From positions 1 through 41,219 of the IMG/VR virus record IMGVR_UViG_3300005512_004265: a stretch of 41,219 nt of DNA. One strand, 5' to 3'. The translations under genes and the position numbers were made by a program. Under the pieces are notes generated by a model, which saw nothing but the letters and a program-made list of their open reading frames with translations, searched no databases and was not told the DNA's origin. This document shows positions 1 through 9,170 of this stretch, piece after piece. Position 1 is the first letter of the stretch, and each line of letters begins with the position of its first letter. The stretch is from a virus. Lineage: Duplodnaviria; Caudoviricetes.

Positions 1-493
1 CGACGCATTGAGCAAGATCACGTCGTCGCCGAAGCGGGTCGACGAAATGCGTTCGCTATTGATCGGCGGCACAAAAGAATTAGAACTTCAGGGAATCCAG
101 AAAAGCGGCAAGACCGCAAAAGAGCAATATCTAGAATCGACCGGAATGGCCCCACTTGCCGAAGCCAGAAACCAAGCAGTCGAGGCGTTGGCGGCCACGC
201 GGGCCCGAAACTTAGCTTCGTCGTCGTTGAACTTTATGGCCGAGTCGGTCGAGATGAACGCGTTATCGGGTTCGACGCCCGTTTCGCAAATCGACACGTT
301 TATCGATCAATTGACCACGCGACAACAGCAAGTGCAAAACCGTTTTTCGATTAACCCGTTTGGAAGTGGCATCGACGAAAACGATCGCCGCGAACAATTG
401 AAACTTTTGCGATCAACGGTCGAGGAGTTGAAAAAGCTTCGTTCACAAGCGGCCGCCGCGACCGGGAACCGAAACCAAGAAGAAACACAGTAA
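1..493 (+). CDS. 3' part of tape measure protein (allele A, 5'-truncated by the window edge)
   Basis: Translation matches the C-terminal ~160 aa of 38939..40429; the nucleotide differences are synonymous. Confidence 0.9.
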   Translation, partial: DALSKITSSPKRVDEMRSLLIGGTKELELQGIQKSGKTAKEQYLESTGMAPLAEARNQAVEALAATRARNLASSSLNFMAESVEMNALSGSTPVSQIDTFIDQLTTRQQQVQNRFSINPFGSGIDENDRREQLKLLRSTVEELKKLRSQAAAATGNRNQEETQ

Positions 494-521
494 AAAGGTC
501 ACGGGTAAAAGAGAAACCCGC

Positions 522-587
522 CACAGGCTAGAAGCCTATGCCACGCGACCGCTGGTTTTTCAGTCACAGGCTAGAAGCCTATGCCAC
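522..587 (-). repeat. Tandem doublet of planctomycete-type REP (GTGGCATAGGCTTCTAGCCTGTG on the minus strand)
   Basis: CACAGGCTAGAAGCCTATGCCAC at 522..544 and 565..587: GTGG tetranucleotide plus AGGCT/AGCCT hairpin, resembling the REP class I recall from Pirellulaceae genomes. Confidence 0.75.
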
Positions 588-659
588 AGGCTGAAAACGG
601 CTAAAAATTTGATCGCCAGCCCCTAGGGTAACGGGTGCAAATATTGTGTTTTATTCAGG

Positions 660-839
660 TCATTTCGCCAGCAAAGCCAGCAAAGCGACCACGCCGACGC
701 CAAGCAGGCCACAACCGAGAAAAAAGAGGCGTCGAAAGCTGGTTTCGTGATCTTGCCAAATTTTCAAGTTTGTTTGATTGAGTTTTTCCAATGCCGCGAC
801 AATTCGGTCGGCGGAATTTTGATTTTTCGATTCGTTCAT
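660..839 (-). CDS. Small C-terminally anchored membrane protein (59 aa), moron-like
   Basis: ATG at 839, MNESKNQ...FFLGCGLLGVGVVALLALLAK; short helical N-part plus one hydrophobic helix. Confidence 0.6.
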   Translation of the reverse strand: MNESKNQNSADRIVAALEKLNQTNLKIWQDHETSFRRLFFLGCGLLGVGVVALLALLAK

Positions 840-1378
840 TTCGTGGCGTCTTGGTTTTGGATTCAAAAGAGCGTTATGTTTTATAGAAAAACAGAAATTT
901 TGGGTTTTCCCTACAAAATCAGATTGCAAGTTTCTGTAATTTCCGCAATAAAGGGTTCGCGGCAAAAATAATGTTGCCGCCGTCCGTCGCGTCGCTACCA
1001 ACGACACGACGGCAAATGGAAGAAATAACACTTCTACCAACCGCCGACAACGCCCGAAATCATACTCAGGCGTCGCCCTCACGCAAACCGCATTTTTCAA
1101 TAAAAAACGGATTGCACTCTAGAAGTGTTGGTTCTTCCGAAAATTCAGTGCTGAATTTTAATGGAGTTTCAGGAATGGAATCAATATCGGAAAACGCCTC
1201 ATCGCGTCCGAAAAACGTGAAAAATCGGTTTAGTATTGCAGAACCGTTTCGCCTTGATCAGCGGAGGAATTATTCTTACCACGTTTCGCCTGCCCACGAA
1301 ACAAAAAACAACTCGCTGTTTTTTTTCGCCGCGTTGTTTCCGCTTAAAACATGGAGGCGTTCTATCAGCAGTTAGTAC

Positions 1379-1416
1379 AAAAAAAAGCCGTTGAAAGTTG
1401 GCGTTTTCAACGGCTT
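1379..1416 (-). terminator. Putative intrinsic terminator (minus strand)
   Basis: 12-bp perfect stem AAGCCGTTGAAA (1385..1396)/TTTCAACGGCTT (1405..1416) with an A-run on its left (U-tract on the minus strand). Confidence 0.5.
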
Positions 1417-1660
1417 CCGTTGTTTTGTTTATCGGTTGTGTGGCTTCGCTTCCAAGGCTATCCGCCACGCAACCCGCAAGCGCCGTTCCCGGCGATTCGT
1501 GTCTTATGATACGAAATCCGGTCGCGGCTTGAAAGTTTTATTTCAAGCTTTTTCGTGGTTTTCTCTGAAATGTATCACTTTTTTTACTTGAAAAGTAGAA
1601 TTTCCGCCTTTAGGGGTGTTGGCCGCGTCAAAAATCTTGACTTGAAAGAAAGTCAATCGC

Positions 1661-2341
1661 GTGAGTCTATTTGATCCATTGGGTTTCATTTTAACCCGTT
1701 CCGAAATTGCGGCCAAATTTAACCAATCGCTCGAATGGGCCGACACCGAATTTTTGCCGTTTGTTGCCTATGGCGAAACGTCAAACGGCGAATGGTTTGT
1801 ACCGCGAACGGAACTTGAAAATTTTCTACTTAGAAAGTGCGGGTTAGACGAATGGATTTCAGACGAGGCGGCCCGCCAGATCGTCGGAAAGTCGGTCAGC
1901 CAATTTAATCGGCTAGTGAACGCGGGCAAGATTAAACGCCGCCCCAGTCGCGAGAATCCAAGACGAAACGATTTTTCAAAAAAGGATTGTGAACGCGAAG
2001 CGGCTAAACGAAAAACCAAAAAAAGCAAACCCCGGAGAATTAGACGAATGAAAGATCGAGAATCGAAACCAATCGACCCGCGTTTAACGAATCGCCGGTC
2101 GGATTGTTGGGAGCAACACCCGGCGGATTTGCCAGATACGCGCGGCGAGCTTCATCGAACGTCACGATTAACCGAAAAGGACATTTTAGCGATTCGGGCC
2201 CATTACGAAAAAAAGGGCGGATTGATCCGCGACGTCGCTATCAAGTTCAAGATTTCACCGAACCACGCGGGCGATATTTTGCGGGGTAAAACTTGGCGGC
2301 ATTTGAAGCTTTCAAATTTGCTTTACAAGCCGGAGTTTTAA
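1661..2341 (+). CDS. Multi-HTH DNA-binding protein (two excisionase/MerR-like units plus a C-terminal HTH)
   Basis: LTRSEIAAKF..WFVPRTELENFL and WISDEAARQIVGKSVSQFNRLVNAGKI are Xis-like. RGELHRTSRLTEKDILAIR...GKTWRH resembles the HTH tail of phage HNH proteins. Confidence 0.65.
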   Translation: MSLFDPLGFILTRSEIAAKFNQSLEWADTEFLPFVAYGETSNGEWFVPRTELENFLLRKCGLDEWISDEAARQIVGKSVSQFNRLVNAGKIKRRPSRENPRRNDFSKKDCEREAAKRKTKKSKPRRIRRMKDRESKPIDPRLTNRRSDCWEQHPADLPDTRGELHRTSRLTEKDILAIRAHYEKKGGLIRDVAIKFKISPNHAGDILRGKTWRHLKLSNLLYKPEF

Positions 2342-2343
2342 CC

Positions 2344-2628
2344 ATGTCGAAGCCGTGTTGCTACATTGCGTGCAAAGAAAGCCATGCCGGGCAAACCCAG
2401 CTTTCGACGTTCGAAATGAAAGACGCCCACGCGGGCACGCATTACTTTTTTTGTGGGGATTGTGTTCGATTGTTTGTCGATCTTGGTTTGCCGTTCCGCC
2501 GAATCGGTTTTGGTGATTGGGTATGCAACCGGCGGCAAGTGGCGGCGACGGCGGCGACGGCGGCGACGTTCCCGGTCGAACGCGAACCCGTTACTGAAAA
2601 CAGTGCGTCGCAAGCTTTCTTATTTTAA
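2344..2628 (+). CDS. Small Cys-rich (putative zinc-binding) protein
   Basis: ATG 3 nt after the upstream stop; CCxxxC...CGDC. Confidence 0.5.
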   Translation: MSKPCCYIACKESHAGQTQLSTFEMKDAHAGTHYFFCGDCVRLFVDLGLPFRRIGFGDWVCNRRQVAATAATAATFPVEREPVTENSASQAFLF

Positions 2629-2693
2629 GTGATTCCGCCCGCGAATCGCGTCCGCCGGGCGTATGCTATTTTTTATTTTCAGGAGCGGAAAAG

Positions 2694-3095
2694 ATGGCGG
2701 CAAATGAGGCGATCGGAAGTTTTAATTTTGTGACACTTGAAGGCGTCCCGGAAGATCGGTCGCCGGTCGTTAATTTTGAATCGCGACACGGCGTTGAAGA
2801 CGTCGCCATTTTTCTAGAAACGACCAAACGCGGCACGCCGTTTACGATGCGGAGTTTCCGCGATTTTGCGTCGCTTGCCGCCGCGAAAACGGCGTTGCTA
2901 TCTTACTTGGCGGCCAAGGGATCAACCGAGTCGATCACGTACGGCGGGACTCAGGAACCGCGAAAATACACGATCTTGAATTGCAAGCCGGTCGAAGAAA
3001 AAGCGATCGTCGCCGCATACGGCGGAGCCGAAACCGTGGGCCGTGCGAAACTGGTTTGTGATTGGACGTTGATAAGCCGCGATATCGCGGCGTGA
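2694..3095 (+). CDS. Putative virion tail protein (distal-tail-like)
   Basis: AGGAG RBS; size, beta-rich composition and position after the tape measure on the circular map. Function is inferred. Confidence 0.5.
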   Translation: MAANEAIGSFNFVTLEGVPEDRSPVVNFESRHGVEDVAIFLETTKRGTPFTMRSFRDFASLAAAKTALLSYLAAKGSTESITYGGTQEPRKYTILNCKPVEEKAIVAAYGGAETVGRAKLVCDWTLISRDIAA

Positions 3096-3123
3096 TTGTT
3101 GGTGATTTGAAAGGTTTATTCAA

Positions 3124-3900
3124 ATGGTTGGTCGTCGTTGGACAGACACGGAATCCGAGTATGTTATCAAGCATTACGGCCGAAAAAAGGTCGATACCAT
3201 TGCGAGTTATCTTTCGCGGTCTGTCAGTTCGGTTTACCAGCACGCCCGAAAAATCGGGGTGTGTGAAACGCACGACAGGGCGGCGGCGGCCCGCCGTGAT
3301 TGCAAGATTAAACAGTTGCATTTGAAAGGGTGGTCGTCGAGTGAAATAGAAAAGGCGGTCGATATTGGTCATCGAAGCATACGCGAAAGAATTCATAAAA
3401 TGGGCATGATCCCAAACGGGAGAAACGCCAGATACCGAAAGCGAGTCGCGAAGAAAACGAAAGAACAATGCGCCGCCGCAGGCGTTAAAAACCTTGCTGA
3501 ATTGCGTTCGAAAGAAATGAAGCGAGTCGCTAGGAATCTTGGTTGGCCGGATTATTTGTCTTTGCGGTCGGTGCAAATTTTAGAGACTCTTTTTCAGCTA
3601 GGCCCGATGACTCGAAAACAGATCGCAAAAGCAATTGGCTTAAAGTGGGTCGGCGTCCAACATACATTTAAAAACAAAAGGGTTCCGGGGCACAATTACC
3701 TAGCGGAATTGCAGAGGGCCGGGCTTGTCGTCCGACTAGAATCAGCAATTACACATAAAGGAAAGGGAAACCACCAAGACTTATACATGGTGGCTTTAGA
3801 GGTTGAACCATGCCAGAAAGCAAGAACACGTTATCTATCACAGAAGTCGAAAAAACAATCGACCGCCACACAAACACCGTCGCGATGCAATGCCAACTAA
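3124..3900 (+). CDS. Basic multi-HTH DNA-binding protein
   Basis: WTDTESEYVIKHY...IASYLSRSVSSVYQHARKIG (Myb-like HTH), a second HTH (GWSSSEIEKAV) and a winged helix (GPMTRKQIAKAIG). Confidence 0.65.
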   Translation: MVGRRWTDTESEYVIKHYGRKKVDTIASYLSRSVSSVYQHARKIGVCETHDRAAAARRDCKIKQLHLKGWSSSEIEKAVDIGHRSIRERIHKMGMIPNGRNARYRKRVAKKTKEQCAAAGVKNLAELRSKEMKRVARNLGWPDYLSLRSVQILETLFQLGPMTRKQIAKAIGLKWVGVQHTFKNKRVPGHNYLAELQRAGLVVRLESAITHKGKGNHQDLYMVALEVEPCQKARTRYLSQKSKKQSTATQTPSRCNAN

Positions 3901-4103
3901 GGCACGCGATTTTTAACGCGATCAACGAAGATGACGTTTCAGAGATTGTGAAAAAGCAAGTCGAAAAGGCAAAACAAGGCGACAATAAATCGTTGCAGTT
4001 TGTAATGAAATACGTTCTTGGTTTCGGCCCACAAATGACCGTTCAGCAGATCAATGTTATGGACGTTGAAACGGCGGCAAGACTAGCCAACAAAAACAAG
4101 TAG
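3810..4103 (+). CDS. Hypothetical protein (helical family with VEKAKQGD motif)
   Basis: AINEDDVSEIVKKQVEKAKQGD...YVLG resembles a small family recalled from planctomycete prophages. Confidence 0.55.
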   Translation: MPESKNTLSITEVEKTIDRHTNTVAMQCQLRHAIFNAINEDDVSEIVKKQVEKAKQGDNKSLQFVMKYVLGFGPQMTVQQINVMDVETAARLANKNK

Positions 4104-4191
4104 ACGGTTTTTCGAAAACTTCGGCGTAGCATTTACGCCGCCCCGCGAGAATATGGTTTTCCATTTCAAACCATGTTCGAAAGTCTTTTGA

Positions 4192-4563
4192 ATGTCTCAG
4201 GTTATCCGCCAGCACGTCGCCGAAATTGCGGTCGGAAGTGCGACTAGCGACGAAATTAACGTTTCCGGTTTATTGTTCGGCACGATCCAGTTTCGCCGAA
4301 AAGATGGTTCGGCCGTTCCGACAGGAACTTGGCAAATCGAAGTTAATCGTGTGAAAGCCGACGAAGTCGACGACGACTATTTCGAGGCCGCGAAAGATTC
4401 ACTAAACGAAACGGTCGCCGCGATCGCGTTCGGCAACACAAACCGAATTTTTAACGTTCCGCCAGAGACGATGGCGTCGCGAAAATGCCGCGTCAAGCTT
4501 GCCAGCAATCTGACGGGCGACTCGCCGTTGCAAGTTGTGTTCAGTTGCTACGACAACGCGTAG
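4192..4563 (+). CDS. Small beta-rich protein, probably virion-associated
   Basis: IAVGSATSDEINVSG... jelly-roll-like composition; clean ORF after a promoter-like motif. Confidence 0.5.
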   Translation: MSQVIRQHVAEIAVGSATSDEINVSGLLFGTIQFRRKDGSAVPTGTWQIEVNRVKADEVDDDYFEAAKDSLNETVAAIAFGNTNRIFNVPPETMASRKCRVKLASNLTGDSPLQVVFSCYDNA

Positions 4564-4575
4564 AAAGCCGGAGCC

Positions 4576-5100
4576 ATGCAAAACGAAATCGCTCTAAACG
4601 AAACGCCCGTGCATATTCGCTGGATGATTAAACGCGACTTGCCGGAAGTGATCGACATTGAAAACCACGCTTTTGAATTCCCGTGGAGCGAAGACGATTT
4701 CATCGATCGACTTCGTAAACGGAACGTGATCGGGATGGTCGCCGAAAACGACGACGATATTTCGGGGTTCATGGTTTACGAGCTTAAAAAAGAGTCGTTG
4801 TATTTGATTAACTTCGCGGTGCACCCAGACGACCGCCGCGCGGGCGTCGGCCGTCAAATGATTCGAAAGATCATCGGGAAGCTTTCACCAACCCGCCGAA
4901 AAACGGTTTCGCTGGAAGTTCGCGAAACGAATTTCGCGGCGCAAATGTTTTTTCGGGCGAATGGATTCAGGTGCAATGCAACGATTCGCGATCGTTACGA
5001 CGACACAACCGAAGACGCGTATATTTTCGTTTACGACGTGGACGAGCCCGCCGCAACCATCACCACAAAAAACAGAATCAAGGGGCAAATTTTAGAATGA
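4576..5100 (+). CDS. rimI: Ribosomal-protein-alanine N-acetyltransferase (GNAT, RimI family)
   Basis: HIRWMIKRDLPEVIDIE..FEFPWSEDDF, NFAVHPDDRRAGVG (acetyl-CoA motif A), LEVRETNFAAQMFF..NGF, Y.DTTEDAY; GGAG RBS. Confidence 0.88.
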   Translation: MQNEIALNETPVHIRWMIKRDLPEVIDIENHAFEFPWSEDDFIDRLRKRNVIGMVAENDDDISGFMVYELKKESLYLINFAVHPDDRRAGVGRQMIRKIIGKLSPTRRKTVSLEVRETNFAAQMFFRANGFRCNATIRDRYDDTTEDAYIFVYDVDEPAATITTKNRIKGQILE

Positions 5101-5504
5101 GATCGAGCGAATTTATACAGACCGATTTAACCGCCGAAACGCTTTGCAAGGTCGACCAGCGGTTTAACGATGAAGTGACCGCCGAAATTCAAGCGGCGGT
5201 TTTGGATTGTTTGAAACGGCCGAATATTAAAAAGGTTCGGTCGTTTTCAATCGAACTTCGGATCGCCCCAAAAAACGAACGCGGGCAACTTGAATTTTCG
5301 ACGAAAGTTAGTTCGGTTAAAAGACCGCCCCGCGAATTTGACGTGTTAACCGCGATCGCCGATCCGGTTTCCGAGTCGATCGAATTTTTGCATAAACAAG
5401 GGGAACTTTTTTCCGAAACCGACCCGGCCGAAGTCGAGTTGATTTTGCGAGAACGCGAAGCGGTTCCGGTCGTTGATTACCGGGCGAAAGCGGCGGGCGA
5501 ATAA
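5097..5504 (+). CDS. Conserved phage hypothetical protein
   Basis: ATGA overlap with the rimI stop; AVLDCLKRPNIKKVRSFSIELRIAP motif. The longer 4971 start is unlikely. Confidence 0.6.
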   Translation: MRSSEFIQTDLTAETLCKVDQRFNDEVTAEIQAAVLDCLKRPNIKKVRSFSIELRIAPKNERGQLEFSTKVSSVKRPPREFDVLTAIADPVSESIEFLHKQGELFSETDPAEVELILREREAVPVVDYRAKAAGE

Positions 5505-7973
5505 ATGGCATTAAAAACGATCGATTTAGATATCGCCGACAACGGCGGGGTAACGCAAACGGTCGAGAGTCGAACCGATTGGGCGGATACTTGGTCAGAT
5601 CATAGTGCGACGGTTTTTTGCCGGACGGCCCGTTGGACGACTAACCCGGAAATGCCGTCGGCAACGTTGCATTATCGATACGGTTCGGTTGATATCGCGA
5701 AAGCCGGATCGTTTACAACTTACAAGCGAGCCCCGCCAATCAGTCGCGGCGATTTCGTTAAGTTGACTTTCGTCGGCCACGAAATATTGGCGGGAACCGC
5801 GACGGCCGGGGAGAAGACCGCCAGCAAGACGAAAATTTGGTTTGGCGTTGCGACTACGATCGACGACGACGATAACGGTTCGATTACGATCACGTGCGCA
5901 GGGCTGGAAAAACTACTAACCGAAAAAAATATCGATCAATCGGTTTGGTTTGTCGATCAGGCGGACGGAACGACCGCAAAAACGATTACTCAGGTTTTGA
6001 CTTTCAATCAAGGCAACGTCGGGAACCGATCAACAAATAAACTTTCGTCGAAGCATTACGGGTTTTCAGGCTACAAGCTTTTTACCGATCCGACCGGAAA
6101 CGAAAAATGGTCGACTCGCGACATTGTCGAATATGTCGCGGCCACGCAAACGCCGGTTGACGATTCCGGCACGTTAAACATCCCGTTTGAATTAGATGAT
6201 TCGGGCGGCGTGTTGCCCGACTACGATTCGCCAGAGGTGAACCCGGAAGGGCAAAAGGCGAAATCGTTTATCGATTCGCTGATCACACGTTCGCGGGGGC
6301 TTGGTTATTTTTTGGAAGTCGACGAAACCGCCACGCCGGATACAATCAAAATCAAGCCGTTCACGTATGCTTCGCAAGATATCGATTTGCCGATCACGTC
6401 GCCGCCAAATCAAAAGATTCCACAAAATCCGAACCGTTACATTTTCTTAACAAGTGGTTTTCAGGCCGGTTCGATCTTGGTACAGATCAACAACGAATCA
6501 AGATTCGATCGCGTTCGCGTTGTCGGCGGCCGGGCGGTTTATTGTTTTTCACTTTCCGGCCCCGACGGAAACTTGGTCGAAAAATGGAAGTCGAATTTAA
6601 AGACAGCCTACGACGAAGCGGCGTCGACCGACGGCGGGTATCCCGGAGCCGCTGAAATCGCCGACCGAGAAGTCGCGGACAACGTCGCCCGGTCGCACGT
6701 CATGTTTCGAAATGTTTATTCGCGTTTCGGCGTGAAGGTCGACGACCCGGATCACGCCGACCATTGGAGCGGCCAAGTTAAAAACGGGGAGAACGGCGGA
6801 ACGGCGAATTATGCTTTACCGGAACCAGATTCCGACCCGGTGACCGGGCAAGATTTCTACCCGCCTAATTTTCGATTCATTGATCAATTACCGCTTTTGA
6901 AAAATTACGACTACGAAGGCGGCACGACGCCCACGGTTCGAACCGACGAAGACGACGAAATCGGCGAACGTTATTTGTCGTCGCTTTCGTTTTTCAAACG
7001 GGTCGACGACGCGTCGAAATGGATCGAGGGCAATAAGATTTCAACGCTGGCGAACACGGAGCGCAGCGAATACGATTTTTCGATTGAAGTCGCCCCGGAC
7101 CAAAACGAGCCCGCGTTTTATGTTCAGGTCATCGGCCAGCCGCAACACATGATCGCCCCGATTACGGTCGGCGATTTGGAAGGAAAATTGACGAGCCGTT
7201 TTTCGCCATTGGCTTATGAGGCGGAATATTTCGCGACAAAGTCTTGGAATTATTGCACAGCGATTTTTACCGTCGCCGCATACGGGAACGACTATTGCGA
7301 AGCCACGGTCGGCGAAGCGTCGCCAATCGCGGACATGGTTCGCACGAAACGAATCGACGTCGGCGATCGGTTCCAAAAACACCACGTCGCCGACGGAACG
7401 GTCGTTGGCGTGAACGAGGCGACCGGAGCTTTGAAACGGCGTTCGGCCGCTGGCTTCGTCCGCGATGATTCGGAACAAGTTGAAGCGGTCGCCGAGTTTG
7501 CTTATTTGTGGTATTCGCTTGACCGGGCGACGTTGCGAATTTCGACAAACCATTTCGGCGATTTTGAGTTAGGGGCGATCGTCGCCAGTTTAACCGATGG
7601 GATCGCGGCGACGTTTAACGCGACCACGAATCGCGTTTCGATCACGGGCGGGCCGTATGCCAGCGGCGAAGCGGTTGTTTTCTATTTGGAAGATTCCGCC
7701 GTTTTACCTGCCCCGTTAACACCCGGCCAAATCTATTATTTAACTTCAACCATCGGCAGCGAATACGCGATCAGCTATCGAATCGACGGCCCGGAAATTG
7801 ACCTAACGGACGCGGGCAGCGGGAACGCGTTCGCAACCAACAGCGGAGCGAATACGCCGATTACGTCGGTCGAGTTGGCTTTGCCAGTCACGGTCGGAAG
7901 CGAAACGGCGGGTTTGGCCGAAACGTTAATTCAAACCGGAAACAGCGAATTTGACGTCAGGAATTTTGTTTAA
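5505..7973 (+). CDS. Large tail tip/baseplate hub-like protein (822 aa)
   Basis: IWFGVATTIDD..ITITCAGLEKLL is hub-like; acidic, beta-rich; a C-terminal LPAPLTPGQIYYL...IDLTDAGSG module is typical of virion proteins. Confidence 0.7.
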   Translation: MALKTIDLDIADNGGVTQTVESRTDWADTWSDHSATVFCRTARWTTNPEMPSATLHYRYGSVDIAKAGSFTTYKRAPPISRGDFVKLTFVGHEILAGTATAGEKTASKTKIWFGVATTIDDDDNGSITITCAGLEKLLTEKNIDQSVWFVDQADGTTAKTITQVLTFNQGNVGNRSTNKLSSKHYGFSGYKLFTDPTGNEKWSTRDIVEYVAATQTPVDDSGTLNIPFELDDSGGVLPDYDSPEVNPEGQKAKSFIDSLITRSRGLGYFLEVDETATPDTIKIKPFTYASQDIDLPITSPPNQKIPQNPNRYIFLTSGFQAGSILVQINNESRFDRVRVVGGRAVYCFSLSGPDGNLVEKWKSNLKTAYDEAASTDGGYPGAAEIADREVADNVARSHVMFRNVYSRFGVKVDDPDHADHWSGQVKNGENGGTANYALPEPDSDPVTGQDFYPPNFRFIDQLPLLKNYDYEGGTTPTVRTDEDDEIGERYLSSLSFFKRVDDASKWIEGNKISTLANTERSEYDFSIEVAPDQNEPAFYVQVIGQPQHMIAPITVGDLEGKLTSRFSPLAYEAEYFATKSWNYCTAIFTVAAYGNDYCEATVGEASPIADMVRTKRIDVGDRFQKHHVADGTVVGVNEATGALKRRSAAGFVRDDSEQVEAVAEFAYLWYSLDRATLRISTNHFGDFELGAIVASLTDGIAATFNATTNRVSITGGPYASGEAVVFYLEDSAVLPAPLTPGQIYYLTSTIGSEYAISYRIDGPEIDLTDAGSGNAFATNSGANTPITSVELALPVTVGSETAGLAETLIQTGNSEFDVRNFV

Positions 7974-7981
7974 AAATAACT

Positions 7982-9166
7982 ATGCCGCCAACCGAAAAAA
8001 TATCCGACCGGATCGCCCGAATTGAAAGAGAGAACCGCGATTTAAAATCCGCGATCGCTCGAATTGAATCAACCGTCGAACGTTCCGCCAAACCACGTAA
8101 GACGGAAGGATGGGCGAAGATAATCGCAACGACGGCCGACGCGAATGTTTTCGACGCCGTGATGGTTGATATCTTCGACAAGACAACCGCCGCCACGCCG
8201 ACCGCCCGATCGGCGACCGCAAACATTGAAGCCGTAACGGTGAACGGTTCAGATTCGTTAAGCGTCGACGATATCGTTAAGGTCAGTCTCGAAAAAGGGA
8301 TTTGGACGGTGATTCCCAGCGGCGGTGATATCGAACCCGTGATCGCTTGCCATTCTGATTCTTTAGGTTACAGCTATCGCGGTTTGTCAAGTTCAAACCT
8401 TCTTCTTTATAGCGGCGGCGTCGATCGATACGGGACAGCACAAACCGTCGACTTTTTAATGCGATCCAATAACCATTCAGTTATTGGGCCGTCCGGGGTT
8501 TCGAGTCGGTACGCGATTAAATCGCCGGGCGTTTTTGCTTATTCGATCCCGTGGGCGATTCGAATAAACGACCCGCCGCCAGAACAAACGACCGTCGGTT
8601 TGTTAACGCATGGCGTCGAATTTTCTTATGATGGGAGCGGACACGTCGACGGAATCCGCAACGCGCCCGCCGCCGATGGTAACTATAACCCGTTTGCGAC
8701 TTTGTACACTTATCCCACGGTCGAGATTTCCGCGTTTTTGTACGACGCCCAGCGAACCGCCGTTAGTAGTGGCGTCGGGATAATCTTTGCTGCCGAAAAC
8801 GCTTGCGGCGGGTTTGATACTCAAATTAGAAGCGGCGGCATTGACTCAAACTTCGACACGTATGGCGGACTTTGGGAAGATTATTTAGATAGCGGCGCAT
8901 TGGGCCGAACTTGGCACGGTTGCATTAGCGGGGCTTTTGCGATTAGCCAAGAAAGCCTTGATAATTTACAGGGTGGCGGGGCGTCGGTCGGCGTTGAATT
9001 TTCACGCGGCGCAATTAACGGCGGCGACTCAGATTTTAATTGGCAATTTGCCGTCGGCGGGTTCGTGATTTATTCGCCCCGCAATCCGCTTTTTTACAAC
9101 GGACTTTCAATACCTGAAATCGGGACCATCCCGCCGGGCGGCGGCGTAAATCCCACAACCGGATAA
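7982..9166 (+). CDS. Putative tail fibre/receptor-binding protein
   Basis: N-terminal coiled coil, then a Gly/Ser/aromatic-rich beta region; follows the tail tip gene. Confidence 0.6.
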   Translation: MPPTEKISDRIARIERENRDLKSAIARIESTVERSAKPRKTEGWAKIIATTADANVFDAVMVDIFDKTTAATPTARSATANIEAVTVNGSDSLSVDDIVKVSLEKGIWTVIPSGGDIEPVIACHSDSLGYSYRGLSSSNLLLYSGGVDRYGTAQTVDFLMRSNNHSVIGPSGVSSRYAIKSPGVFAYSIPWAIRINDPPPEQTTVGLLTHGVEFSYDGSGHVDGIRNAPAADGNYNPFATLYTYPTVEISAFLYDAQRTAVSSGVGIIFAAENACGGFDTQIRSGGIDSNFDTYGGLWEDYLDSGALGRTWHGCISGAFAISQESLDNLQGGGASVGVEFSRGAINGGDSDFNWQFAVGGFVIYSPRNPLFYNGLSIPEIGTIPPGGGVNPTTG

Positions 9167-9170
9167 TTCA

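Larger units (their letters stand above)
1..690. repeat. Imperfect terminal direct repeat, copy A (pairs with 39937..~40622)
   Basis: First 123 nt identical, then ~32 synonymous substitutions to the stop codon (hand count), then patchy similarity to ~690. Confidence 0.92.

Noticed and set aside
1-493. Diversity-generating retroelement TR/VR pair (with 39937..40429)
   Set aside because: Differences are synonymous and not adenine-specific, and no reverse transcriptase is encoded.
522-587. Mini CRISPR array
   Set aside because: Only two 23-nt repeats with a 20-nt spacer that is identical in both alleles; no cas genes; fits a REP doublet better.
971-1746. ORFs 971..1375, 1199..1468, 1391..1591, 1543..1746 as a repressor gene
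   Set aside because: No HTH or other motif, conflicting frames, and hairpins inside; cannot be supported.
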